From Barthelona sp. PCE (taxonomy: Eukaryota), in contig JAUFOR010000001.1 in assembly GCA_040285745.1 (NCBI GenBank), positions 62,001 to 126,000 on the forward strand: a stretch of DNA of 64,000 bases, written 5' to 3'. Shown one piece after another: positions 30,757 through 40,477 of the stretch. Position 1 is the first letter of the stretch, and each line of letters starts with the position of its first letter. A program made the position numbers and the translations under genes. Below the pieces are notes generated by a model, which worked only from the letters and a program-made list of their open reading frames with translations, did no database searches and was not told the origin of the DNA.

Positions 30757-31707
30757 CTAAACGAATCCCGTCTTACTGACAAATCTTCCTGTTGACTTCG
30801 ACTTTCCTGGGTCGAAACGCGTCTTCCGCTTTGTTTGCATTCCATCTCCGAATGCCGGCTTTTTTGTTTTAGGTACAAAAGCATTACTATTCATATCAAA
30901 CAGCTTTTTCTTGTCCTGGAACTTGGGTTTCCTCGGCTCCTTTGACACAAATTTCTTTAAATTAAACACGTCATCTGAATCATCGATATCCAAATTTTCA
31001 CTTTCTTCTTTATCTTGAATAGGCTGCTCCTCCACGGGATCGGGTACAATCTCAGCAACGCTGTATGGTGACGGTGTTTCAAGACTAGCAAACTCATTAG
31101 CCGCTGGTGTGATTCTCTGCATTTTAGACGGCAATGAAGGTAACTTATCCAGGCGCATAGATGCTGTTCTCTTCGATTCTAATTCGCTACAAGCCTCTTC
31201 TGGGATAGTAGACACATCAAATTCATCGTCAGAAGGCGCAAGATCAACAACATGCTCAATCTCTGCCGCGTTCGGATTTCCGGATTTCAACTGCACGATT
31301 TCCTGTTTCATGGATCGTATCACGCCTAATAGTGAGACTATAGTTCCCATTGTATCAAAGGAACCGCCAACGCGCAATTTTAACGAAAAAACAGATTCAT
31401 CCGTTTCAAAGTTCAAAATGGCTGCTTTCGCAGTACCTCTTACAGATACATCTCGTAATGCTTCGACAAAAGCATCAGAGATATCTGAAAAATCTTCAAG
31501 CTCACAATCTTCCATTAGTTCAATAAATTCAGTCATTGTAACTTCCTTTGCATATGTGGAATCGCCCAAAAATACAAGAAAATTAAGTGATTCATCAGAA
31601 ATTGGTAAGATCAATAAGCTTCCATGATGATTCTTACCTTTTATGACAACTGTAAGGTTATCTTCCGAGTACGGAAGCCATTGCAATGATGAGAAGGTCT
31701 TAGCCAT
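30757..31707 (-). CDS. XRCC4-superfamily-like protein (PAXX/XLF-type head, short coiled coil, disordered tail); tentative
   Basis: Beta-strand head with a helix pair (TYAKEVTMTEFIELMEDCELEDFSDISDAFVEAL), short coiled coil, basic C-terminal motifs NAFVPKTKKPAFG and SKTGFV. Confidence 0.5.
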   Translation of the reverse strand: MAKTFSSLQWLPYSEDNLTVVIKGKNHHGSLLILPISDESLNFLVFLGDSTYAKEVTMTEFIELMEDCELEDFSDISDAFVEALRDVSVRGTAKAAILNFETDESVFSLKLRVGGSFDTMGTIVSLLGVIRSMKQEIVQLKSGNPNAAEIEHVVDLAPSDDEFDVSTIPEEACSELESKRTASMRLDKLPSLPSKMQRITPAANEFASLETPSPYSVAEIVPDPVEEQPIQDKEESENLDIDDSDDVFNLKKFVSKEPRKPKFQDKKKLFDMNSNAFVPKTKKPAFGDGMQTKRKTRFDPGKSKSTGRFVSKTGFV

Positions 31708-31793
31708 TCCCTACATGCGAAAGAGGTTGTTTAGCTGAAAACATCCTCTTTCAAGGCATTCTTACTTTTCTTCCTACACCACACATCAGAAAC

Positions 31794-32831
31794 ATGAAGT
31801 TGAATCGCGACTGTATCACAAGAATTGCGAATAATCTTCCTCTTAGTTCTCAACTGAAATTAAAAATGGTTTCAAAGGAGTTCGGAGAAATAGTTAACGA
31901 ATCCCTACAGAAAAGAGAAACGCTTGATCTTTTTGGGGACTTTCTTGATGCTGAGAGCATTTTCCCATTAATACACGAAGTTAACATGACAAACATCACT
32001 GTACTATCTTTGGAAATACCAAACATACCCCTAAACTCCCTCACACGCTTCCCAGCATACCTTCGACAAGTAGTGGCATCTCTCCCGAAGTTAAAGAAAT
32101 TGAGCTTGTACTATTACGGTGATTACACATCCGAACTTCTCAGCTCACTGCCCAGTTTCCCAGAAACCATCCAAGTTCGCATTATCACCTGTCCAGCAAC
32201 CGTTAGCAACGTCAACGACCTGGCTTTCGCAAACAATGATTCCAGTGATCAAATGCTCGCCCTTTGGTCCCAGTTGGAGAAGTGCCTTGTCTCTCATGGA
32301 TCGCAGATTAGCACCCTGCACATCTACGGGCGGGACCTTCCGATGAACGGTGGTTCTGTTCTTAGCTACGTGCTTTACAGATCACAAGTGCTTGAATCTC
32401 TTGTTGTTGAAGACTTTGCACTTTCGGCTGCCGAGCTGTGCATTCTCCTCCGTGCCCTCACACACTACTCGTGCGTTCTGAGAAGGCTGGACTTGCGCTC
32501 ATCAAAAATTCCAAGCAGTGCCTGCTCCATGCTCGCGTCTGTCGTCAGTGAGTCACAGTGCGTGCGCACAATTGGCCTGGATAAGTGCTCTTTCAGTTCG
32601 GAGGATTCCCTATTGAAGCTTTTAGAGGCTTGCACTAACCCAACTCAAGTTGAACTAGTTTCCCTGAGAGACGTTCAGATCCCACGCATTACATGGCACC
32701 AGATGCTATGTCTCTTCGCAACATGCTCTATTGAGCCAAAACTGCTGCCAAAGATTGTTTTTACTGAAAGTTGTATACCTGATGACTTGGCAGTCCATTT
32801 CAAAACGTATTTCTTTGTTAAACTTGTTTAA
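31794..32831 (+). CDS. F-box / leucine-rich repeat (RNI-like) protein
   Basis: F-box-like LNRDCITRIANNLPLSSQLKLKMVSKEF; LRRs LKKLSL, LRRLDLRSSKI, VRTIGLDKCSF. Confidence 0.8.
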   Translation: MKLNRDCITRIANNLPLSSQLKLKMVSKEFGEIVNESLQKRETLDLFGDFLDAESIFPLIHEVNMTNITVLSLEIPNIPLNSLTRFPAYLRQVVASLPKLKKLSLYYYGDYTSELLSSLPSFPETIQVRIITCPATVSNVNDLAFANNDSSDQMLALWSQLEKCLVSHGSQISTLHIYGRDLPMNGGSVLSYVLYRSQVLESLVVEDFALSAAELCILLRALTHYSCVLRRLDLRSSKIPSSACSMLASVVSESQCVRTIGLDKCSFSSEDSLLKLLEACTNPTQVELVSLRDVQIPRITWHQMLCLFATCSIEPKLLPKIVFTESCIPDDLAVHFKTYFFVKLV

Positions 32832-32839
32832 TTTCATCA

Positions 32840-33043
32840 TTATTGTTCACCGTCATCGTCCAATGCAGATGGAGATATAGGACTTTTTCTGCTGAGCCTA
32901 CCGCTATAGTGCATGGTTATGCGGTCGCTGTGACTCACAAGCTTTCGTATAGTTCCACTGACAAGCATAGCATCGAGAGGGCACACGAATATGTGATTGT
33001 CCGAGCTGTTTAGGCTGATGAATTTTTGATATTCTTCTTCCAT
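32840..33043 (-). CDS. Elongin C/Skp1-like N-terminal fragment (possibly truncated or frameshifted)
   Basis: ISLNSSDNHIFVCPLDAMLVSGTIRKLV resembles Elongin C [28 protein letters not shown]; the C-terminal half is missing in this frame. Confidence 0.55.
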   Translation of the reverse strand: MEEEYQKFISLNSSDNHIFVCPLDAMLVSGTIRKLVSHSDRITMHYSGRLSRKSPISPSALDDDGEQ

Positions 33044-33275
33044 GATGTGAATTCCGCTCTGTTATGCAAATTAATAAGAATTAAGATAAAATAAAGTGAA
33101 AAATGTAAAATCAAAGCTTCGAACTCTTGGCAGGTTTCGATTTTAGTATAGTTTACGTATTTTAATCCTGCATACTTATGCACTTCTCAGTAATGTGATG
33201 TTTGAAACTATTATAAGCAGTATGTCCAACTATATTAAATGTATTGTAAAGAAATAACTCTTTCAAGCTCATTTC

Positions 33276-34100
33276 ATGAGTTATAAGGTAAGTCACGTAC
33301 CAAGAAATGAAAGGAGTCGCAATTCTGATGGTGCTACTACACAGGAATATCAACAAGACGAGAATATTAGCTTATCCATGTTCCATTACTATCTAGGGGA
33401 TAAAAACATATTTTTCAACGTTTTTACTGGCGGAAAACTCACTTACGATATCGTCTATATGGATAATGGAGAAGTAGCTTCATCAAACAAACATGAGTTT
33501 TCTTTGCCACCTGTTTACTCGAAATACCATCAAAATTCAACTTATTTGGGCGATTTTTGGCACTATTGGGGAGCTCTTGTATATGCAAAAGAGTCAAAGA
33601 GTCTTATTTTGTTATTAGATCTTACAAAAATCACAGTTCAATTCAACTTCATTGAAGTTGATGGATCTATCATTTCCCTCAACATCCACGGTTCCACGCT
33701 TGCATATGCAACGAATGAGCAAAGAAACAGGCTCATTGTGATGGATTATGATGCTGAGGTAAACGGAATTGTGAACAGACGTGAACATTACCTAGAGTAC
33801 AGTATTATGGATGATGTGCTTCATTTCCAACACAGCTGGGTTCTTTATAACACCGTTAATACCCAAAAGGAGGCTTGTATCTGTGCATACAACTACTGCA
33901 ATACCATTTCAAAAGAGTACCCTCTATCACTTACGAGAAAAGCAATTTGTAATTATGGATGGGTAAAGATCAATAATGACTGCGAACATCGACGATTTAC
34001 ATGTATCATTAATGGTGAAGAAGTTGATCGATATTTTTCTTTTCCCAACAATCGTAGATGTTCAGTTGATGAAACTATTTCACTTTGTGCTCTTTTGTAG
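33276..34100 (+). CDS. Hypothetical beta-rich protein (possibly a short member of the local family)
   Basis: 274-aa ORF with short hydrophobic strands. Confidence 0.65.
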   Translation: MSYKVSHVPRNERSRNSDGATTQEYQQDENISLSMFHYYLGDKNIFFNVFTGGKLTYDIVYMDNGEVASSNKHEFSLPPVYSKYHQNSTYLGDFWHYWGALVYAKESKSLILLLDLTKITVQFNFIEVDGSIISLNIHGSTLAYATNEQRNRLIVMDYDAEVNGIVNRREHYLEYSIMDDVLHFQHSWVLYNTVNTQKEACICAYNYCNTISKEYPLSLTRKAICNYGWVKINNDCEHRRFTCIINGEEVDRYFSFPNNRRCSVDETISLCALL

Positions 34101-34123
34101 AATTACTTGATAAGAATAAGACG

Positions 34124-35953
34124 TTAATAATAAGGTTCGTATTCACCACTGAATTCTGTGATTTTTGCCTTTTCAGCAAGCGCCACCACATCATGTCTTT
34201 CTAGCGTTACTGAGACGCTCTTGAAGTCACGGGAAAAAGAATACACCTCGAGTACAATGTCCATTCCGTGCATTCTGTGATCAATGATTCGCTTAAGAAC
34301 GCCTGGCTTGGGGCTAAAGCATGAAGTAGGGTTACTGCATCCAATCATTGAACTGAGTGACACGTCAAGCCTTGTGATACTGCCATTCCTTATCTTAAAC
34401 AGCTCATCCCCAATAAACAACACGCTCTTTGCAACAAATACATGCTCGCACACCCAGAGGTCAGACATTGTGAGAGGAATTCGTGTAAAAACACCTTCAT
34501 TCTCGATGAAGACTTCAAACTCCTCATCTACCACAACTACAGCCATTTTAGGGTTATGTGGATTGACAACATGACTCGTGTGGGTGCCTATATCCGCAAA
34601 GAACTCTGTACACGAAACTACATGGTTATTCTCAATCTTCAACGATATAACATAACCATTACCACTCATCCAAATGTGATCCCCGTGCCATGAGATATTA
34701 CCGGGCATACCAGCGTCAACGTTGGTAAACTCCTTAACAAAATCACCAATTGTCACAGTCTCAACGGGCGCAATTAATGCAAGGATCTCACGATTAAATA
34801 CCTTACGCCCCATTATTCCTGGATACTTATCTTCTGTGACTGAGAACAGTTCCTCTTCACCCTCATACACTGTAAAATTTTCACCATGCTTGAGCATATA
34901 CAACATCGAGAAATTGCATCCCTCTCTGAACAATTGCAGTCGATCAATACCAGGCGCCCCATCCATTTGTTTGAATAGAACAGCTGATGGCGTCTCATCC
35001 AATAGATTAAGAGCAAAAATGTGTCCGTTACTTTGAATACAAGGTACTGGATATCTGTTTGCATCAAAAAGAGCGAAAGATGAACCGGGTGTCACTGCAA
35101 GGGCTGCACCAGGACTCTCTTCAATTATGAGCTCACATATTTTGCTGTTTACGTGAAAGAAAAGCACACCTTCGATGTTGAAAACACAAGAAAGTCGACA
35201 GGTTGCGATAGAAAATTGCGCATCATTATCAACAAAACGACAACAATAGCCTCTATCGGAGACGAAATAGAAGCTTCCATCTCTAACAAAAGATATTTTA
35301 GGCTCAAATCCATCTCTAAACTTCAAAGAAGAAAATCCGGATTGTTCTAAAACCATGGTATTGTTTTCTTCTATTTTCAACAAAAGAATCTCCTCCTGGT
35401 TTAAAACAAGTGCAGTGGGTACAGCAGTCCCCATTACAGGGATTATTTTAGTTACTCCATTCACTTCGATCGGAATAAGGTTATAATCTGTATCAAGCAT
35501 AAAAAAATCTTCTCCTTGCTTCAACACAACCATACCATCACATGTCGCTGCAATTGTGGTTTCGGTTAATTCTTTAATCACTCTTTGAGATCTCAGATCT
35601 AAAATACAAACAACATCTCCTTCAGGAAGAAGTGCAATTTTTGAGTTCAGAACGATAAATTCATCCAAGTAATACTCCTCAAAATCGGTGATTGCTACTC
35701 TTTCAAACTCAACAAAGACTGAATCATCATCAACCCTCAAAAAAACTATATCTTCACCATCTACAGTACAGATAATACTTTGATCCCATAAACATCGTTT
35801 TAGAGTGCTTTTCACCACCTTGGATAATGAAAAAAACCTCTTACCTCCGGAAACAAAGAATGACGCTTTGGATTCACCATTTATAAAAACAACAGCGTCT
35901 CCAATTCTCCTTGTGAGGGATTCTTCCAAAACAGCTTCTTCAACACCAACCAT
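34124..35953 (-). CDS. Lineage-specific beta-rich (propeller-like) family protein
   Basis: ~610-aa ORF, first ATG 35953; C-terminal motifs shared with 60818-62698 and 38506-40253. Confidence 0.8.
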   Translation of the reverse strand: MVGVEEAVLEESLTRRIGDAVVFINGESKASFFVSGGKRFFSLSKVVKSTLKRCLWDQSIICTVDGEDIVFLRVDDDSVFVEFERVAITDFEEYYLDEFIVLNSKIALLPEGDVVCILDLRSQRVIKELTETTIAATCDGMVVLKQGEDFFMLDTDYNLIPIEVNGVTKIIPVMGTAVPTALVLNQEEILLLKIEENNTMVLEQSGFSSLKFRDGFEPKISFVRDGSFYFVSDRGYCCRFVDNDAQFSIATCRLSCVFNIEGVLFFHVNSKICELIIEESPGAALAVTPGSSFALFDANRYPVPCIQSNGHIFALNLLDETPSAVLFKQMDGAPGIDRLQLFREGCNFSMLYMLKHGENFTVYEGEEELFSVTEDKYPGIMGRKVFNREILALIAPVETVTIGDFVKEFTNVDAGMPGNISWHGDHIWMSGNGYVISLKIENNHVVSCTEFFADIGTHTSHVVNPHNPKMAVVVVDEEFEVFIENEGVFTRIPLTMSDLWVCEHVFVAKSVLFIGDELFKIRNGSITRLDVSLSSMIGCSNPTSCFSPKPGVLKRIIDHRMHGMDIVLEVYSFSRDFKSVSVTLERHDVVALAEKAKITEFSGEYEPYY

Positions 35954-36275
35954 TCTCAACTGATATATCTCAGATAGGGAATAGAAAAAATTTGACAATT
36001 CTCTCTTTATATTTGTTCATTATATCTTCAGCTATAATGTTTTTTTAGCGTATGAAACAGCTACTAAGGAATGATTATCCACAAAAACCAAAAATTTCCT
36101 GATACTTCCCTATTTCTACCTGTGCAACAATGCATAATTACCCTTAACTATACAGCTGAAATTATGTGCTTTGCCTGAAAGAATACAAAAAAACTAAACA
36201 ATTTACTAAACTATGTACATAGAAAAAGAAACAATTATAACTAACACCATCGCGAACATATAAACATATAAACAA

Positions 36276-36800
36276 CTAGACACGTTGGGTTGGAATACTC
36301 TGCTTATAATGATCATGGACCTTATACATGCTGTAAGTCATAATACAACAGTACACAATACCCATAGCAGTATAGAAGTTGATGTAGGTAGTCAGACTCA
36401 TCAACCACCACAAGCCTGTAACGTAACGATAAATAAGAATCACCTTGAGATGTTTTGGATTTTTAGTCTTTGAAACTAAGATAAGAGCGCATTTGATCTC
36501 AAAAACCATTACTGCAAGAACAAGGACAATAAGGAGGATAACTGACCAGAAGCTGTATTCCATGTAAAGCGCAACTAAAAATAAAGCTAAGACAAATGCT
36601 GCTACAGCATTTATCCACATGAAAATCAATTGGGTAGTCACCCAACCGCTTTGGGTCTCTTCATTAATGGAACGCACGCCTTCAACAAGCTGTTGACTGT
36701 GAGTTTTGTGATGTCCTAATAAAGGTGCTGGTTGAGTTGGAACAGGAACATATACAACTTGTGGATTTGCAGGATATTGGGGGTATTGGGGAACGCTCAT
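36276..36800 (-). CDS. Small four-TM membrane protein with a Pro/Gln/Tyr-rich N-terminus
   Basis: PQYPQYP N-terminus followed by four hydrophobic segments. Confidence 0.8.
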   Translation of the reverse strand: MSVPQYPQYPANPQVVYVPVPTQPAPLLGHHKTHSQQLVEGVRSINEETQSGWVTTQLIFMWINAVAAFVLALFLVALYMEYSFWSVILLIVLVLAVMVFEIKCALILVSKTKNPKHLKVILIYRYVTGLWWLMSLTTYINFYTAMGIVYCCIMTYSMYKVHDHYKQSIPTQRV

Positions 36801-37498
36801 CTCATAAATATGTGTAAAAAGGTTAAAGCACTTTCATTTCACTTTTGTGTCATTTTAACGTTTGAAAGGGGATTTTTAGCTACATAATATGCTGCATAGA
36901 ATACGGATGATCAGATATGCAGTACTAAATCAAGAAATGCTTTGTTGTCGTTAGTTTCGCTACTTTAGAAAAATTCATTGTATTTAAGAAGTATGATATA
37001 TGATAAAAAAATATGTCACACTGATAGAAATCTCTATTTAAAGATTATATGTTGATAAAAAAGAAGTTTAACTATTCCCGAATATTAGCATCAAGTACGT
37101 TTTTAAGACACCTGCGCTGCTCAATTTTCTTCTAGGAGCATATCAAAGACGTATAAGCCAAAAATGAAATAAAAATTCTGTGCACGAATTGCAGGTATGC
37201 AATATTCAATAGCATTGATTTTTAAATAGTGCTTTTGAGTCTCACATGGCACAAAAATTATGTATACGTACTGATTAAGTTGTGTAAATTAATTTAAGGG
37301 TTGTAAAAAATTTTTTAAAAACAAAAAAGTAATTAGTAATTTTTAACTAATTATGGGTCTCTACCGATTGATTACACAACTATTTTCAATATACTTAACC
37401 CTTAATTACGTTAGATGGACGAGAAAAACTATGCCGGTAATTGTGAATAATCAGCACTATACTTTACACTTTGGTTGCAAATTTTCTGTCAAAATGAT

Positions 37499-37572
37499 GC
37501 CTCTTTAGCTCAGTTTGGTAGAGCGACGGACTCTTAATCCGTCGGTCGGGGGTTCGATCCCCTCAAGGGGTA
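37499..37572 (+). tRNA. tRNA-Lys (anticodon CTT)
   Basis: Acceptor GCCTCTT/AAGGGGT, D arm GCTC/GAGC, anticodon stem ACGGA/TCCGT with loop CTCTTAA, GGTTCGATCCC T arm, TTTT at 37577-37580. Confidence 0.96.
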
Positions 37573-37628
37573 TATATTTTGTTTATTAGAATTGAATTAT
37601 ATGTACAAAACATAAGTACTATAAACAC

Positions 37629-37918
37629 GCATACTTATTTCTTTGCCAGGGTGCTTGCACCTGTAAGGTCACTTTGACCTGGCATTTTGGATTGATGAAA
37701 GTCTCTCAGTTCGAATCCTTAACAAGATTACTTGTTCGATCATTCAGGCTTCTTGTCTAAATGTTGGTAGTAGCAAAGCCGAAATGGGTTTACCCAGTTT
37801 ACTGAAAGTAATAAGGCTTGTAGCTATAATCTTGGTTGTCACTAGGCGGGTTAACCGAATAATTGATTATCAAGGCCAGTATTTGGATAAGATGGAGCTT
37901 GATAGAAGAAGTGCTTGC
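37629..37918 (+). ncRNA. RNase MRP / RNase P-family RNA (MRP-type P4)
   Basis: CR-I GAAAGTCTC (37697-37705) pairs with CR-V GGAGCTT (37894-37900) with a bulged U; P1, P2, P3 with internal loop, and P19 can be formed in the expected order. Confidence 0.65.
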
Positions 37919-38063
37919 TTTAAGCTCACTGCTGATTGGCTAACTACAAACCCATAAATTTTTGATGGGAAAACATTTGTGTTGAATGATGGAAGCATGT
38001 GGTTGACGGAACTCATGGCAGAGTGAATCTGTGACTCATGAATGTGCTGTCCGAATTACGCCC

Positions 38064-38445
38064 TTTATCGTACATTCCGGATTTCTCTTTTTTACTATTT
38101 TTTATGGGGTGGGAACTCAATTACCCGACCTCGAGCTTAGGAACTTATTCACGCCATCCAACTAGATATCTGTCAGTAAACATGCATGTATCCGAGAGAA
38201 CTCAGCCCCTGTGAAGTCACACGCCATCCAACTAGATATCTGTCAGTAAACATGCATGTATCCGAGAGAACTCAGCCCCTGTGAAGTCATTTATCGTACA
38301 TTCCGGATTTCTCTTTTTTACTATTTTTTATGGGGTGGGAACTCAATTACCCGACCTCGAGCTTAGGAACTTATTCACGCCATCCAACTAGATATCTGTC
38401 AGTAAACATGCATGTATCCGAGAGAACTCAGCCCTTGTGAAGTCA
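38064..38445. repeat. Near-perfect direct repeat array A(86)-B(70)-B(70)-A(86)-B(70)
   Basis: A at 38064-38149 and 38290-38375; B at 38150-38219, 38220-38289 and 38376-38445 (one C>T change in the last copy). Confidence 0.95.
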
Positions 38446-38505
38446 ATATAAAAACAACCACGCTCTCGCTGTGGGATAAGTTTAGAGTTATCTTTTCTCA
38501 CATTT

Positions 38506-40253
38506 TCAAGTGCGTGCTTGGTAATTAGGCATGTGATATTCCACAATGGATGCTTCAGCTAAAAAGGATGGAATGTGGAACGCTTCCACTGTAGGATTTG
38601 TGGATCTTGGATCATCTTTAACGTTGAAAGTTCTCAATACCATTGTTTTGGTTTCCTCGTCATATATTGTTGATTGCACAATGTCATTAGGCAGATTCAG
38701 TATGTTCATTTCATTTTCGATATTTGGTAAGTTTTCATTGTGTAGAAAAACTTTTTCAATTACACCATTGAATATTGACACTTGAACAATACCGTGCTCC
38801 ATTTTCAGACATGCATCACCCACGAAATATCTGAAGCGATTATCATCAACAGAATGATCGTGAAGCAGCACAGGCTCTAAGAAGTTACCTGATGACCAAT
38901 CCAAACAGCATAAATAATCATTTTTTGAATCTCTCTTCTCAATAACAAATAGGTGGTGATCATGTATCTCAATCATTGGTCGAGGGTTATAGTATTTTTC
39001 TGCGATATTATCGTTATGTTCAAAGAAAAAATGCTTTTGAACCTCCACATCACACTTGTTAACTATGAATTGTAAAAAATGTAAAGAATCAGAGCACAAA
39101 ATGCACACAGAATTGTTTGCTGTCGAATCACAATACTCATAAACTTTTTTGTTCGCGGTTAGCTCGAGTATCACTGTGTTTCCCAAATATACAAGACAAT
39201 TGCCCAGATTATCATAATCAATGCAAAGGGGCAGTCCAAGAAGAAAGTCAGCACATTTCTTACCACCATGTGGTAGGTCAGTTATGATTGGTAGGTATTC
39301 TTTCCCCACCCAGTGAATCTTGACAATTTTTCTGGTACTCCTATCACCAGATCTCTTCATCGAGAATACATAAAAATCGTCCTCATCCGAAGAAAAAGGA
39401 TGTGTTGAAATAACAGTGAATTTAATTTCAGAATCATCATCATGCTCCTTAAGAACTACAATTTTTTTTTCTTTTAAGTAAAAAAAGTATTGATTTAGCT
39501 GAACATCATCGTAGAACTTGGGAATGCCATCAAAAAAAACCAACTCAGAAGAGAGACCACATAATCGCATCACCTCATTTTCGACATACGAATATTTGAT
39601 TGGGCCAAAACTTCCTGTATTGCTACAAGTACCATAAAGAACGAAGTCTTCATGGTGAAAGGAATCTTGTGTTAAATCGATATGGTTAAAATGATCGCAA
39701 ATGGGATCATTTAATTCCATCGTTCCTGAAGACATATGCAATTCACCATTCTCAACGTGAACAATAACACAATATAAACAATTTAAAAGCGACATCGGAC
39801 ACTCAAATATGATCATTGTGCATATATCTTGTGATAGTGTAATAATTCCGAAACTTTGCAATGAGATATTCAAGCTCTTTAACTGGGGGAATCTTTCAGT
39901 TAAGTTAACACGATTCCTCTGACAGTCGATAATGATCATATCTTCAAGCATGTCATCAACTGTCGAAATCAAACAGACACATCAGCGTTTAAGCATTTGA
40001 TGGATTTACCGTTTTCTAACAAAACGTGGCTTGAAGTACTCGAAGGGCATGGGCGATATTCACCAATACTGTGCTTAAGATGCTTGCATGTGTCGTCCAC
40101 GTACCCAATAAAGTCTTTCCCTTCAATAGCGCTTTCCACAAAATCCATTTCGATCTTTTGGGTTTTTAGCACTCTAATACCATGCCCTTCAATAATAATT
40201 TTGCCTTCTGGATATGCGCTGTTGGTCAGATTGAATTTTCTGATTCGAGGCAT
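38506..40253 (-). CDS. Lineage-specific beta-rich family protein split over two frames (50-nt intron at 39960-40009, or a frameshift)
   Basis: ORFs 39969-40253 and 38506-39972 abut. Removing GTAAAT...TTCGACAG fuses them in frame (LLENVDDMLED) into a ~565-aa product. Confidence 0.6.
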
Positions 40254-40477
40254 TTTGGGTGAGAATGGGATAGCACCCTTTTGCTTCCATCGTGAAGTAA
40301 TTAATACTTTAATTTACATTTTATGTCGCTTTGAAGACTTTATTGATTGTATACATCACAAATACGCAAATTTATCAGTTAAGAAAAAACAACAGTACCA
40401 TAAACTTTGAAATAATGTTTGAAAATTGTTATAAAGTACGTTTAGAATTTAAACGAAAGTTGGCCAGACAATGAAAA

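Noticed and set aside
32883-32900. 10-nt GT..AG micro-intron (GTAGGCTCAG) that would reframe the Elongin C-like ORF
   Set aside because: Shorter than any known spliceosomal intron and has no branch point.
37631-37640. ATACTTA resembling the U1 snRNA 5' end
   Set aside because: Lacks ACTTACCTG and the U1-70K loop, and has no suitably placed Sm site.
37645-37684. SRP (7SL) RNA Alu-domain-like fold: GCC, GTGC/GCAC hairpin, TGTAA, AGGTCA/TGACCT, GGC
   Set aside because: No long helix 5 pairing to a 3' end and no helix 8 SRP54 motif downstream. The same bases are better explained as P3 of an RNase MRP/P RNA.
38064-38445. CRISPR-like array
   Set aside because: Units are 70-86 bp with no unique spacers, there are no cas genes, and the context is eukaryotic.
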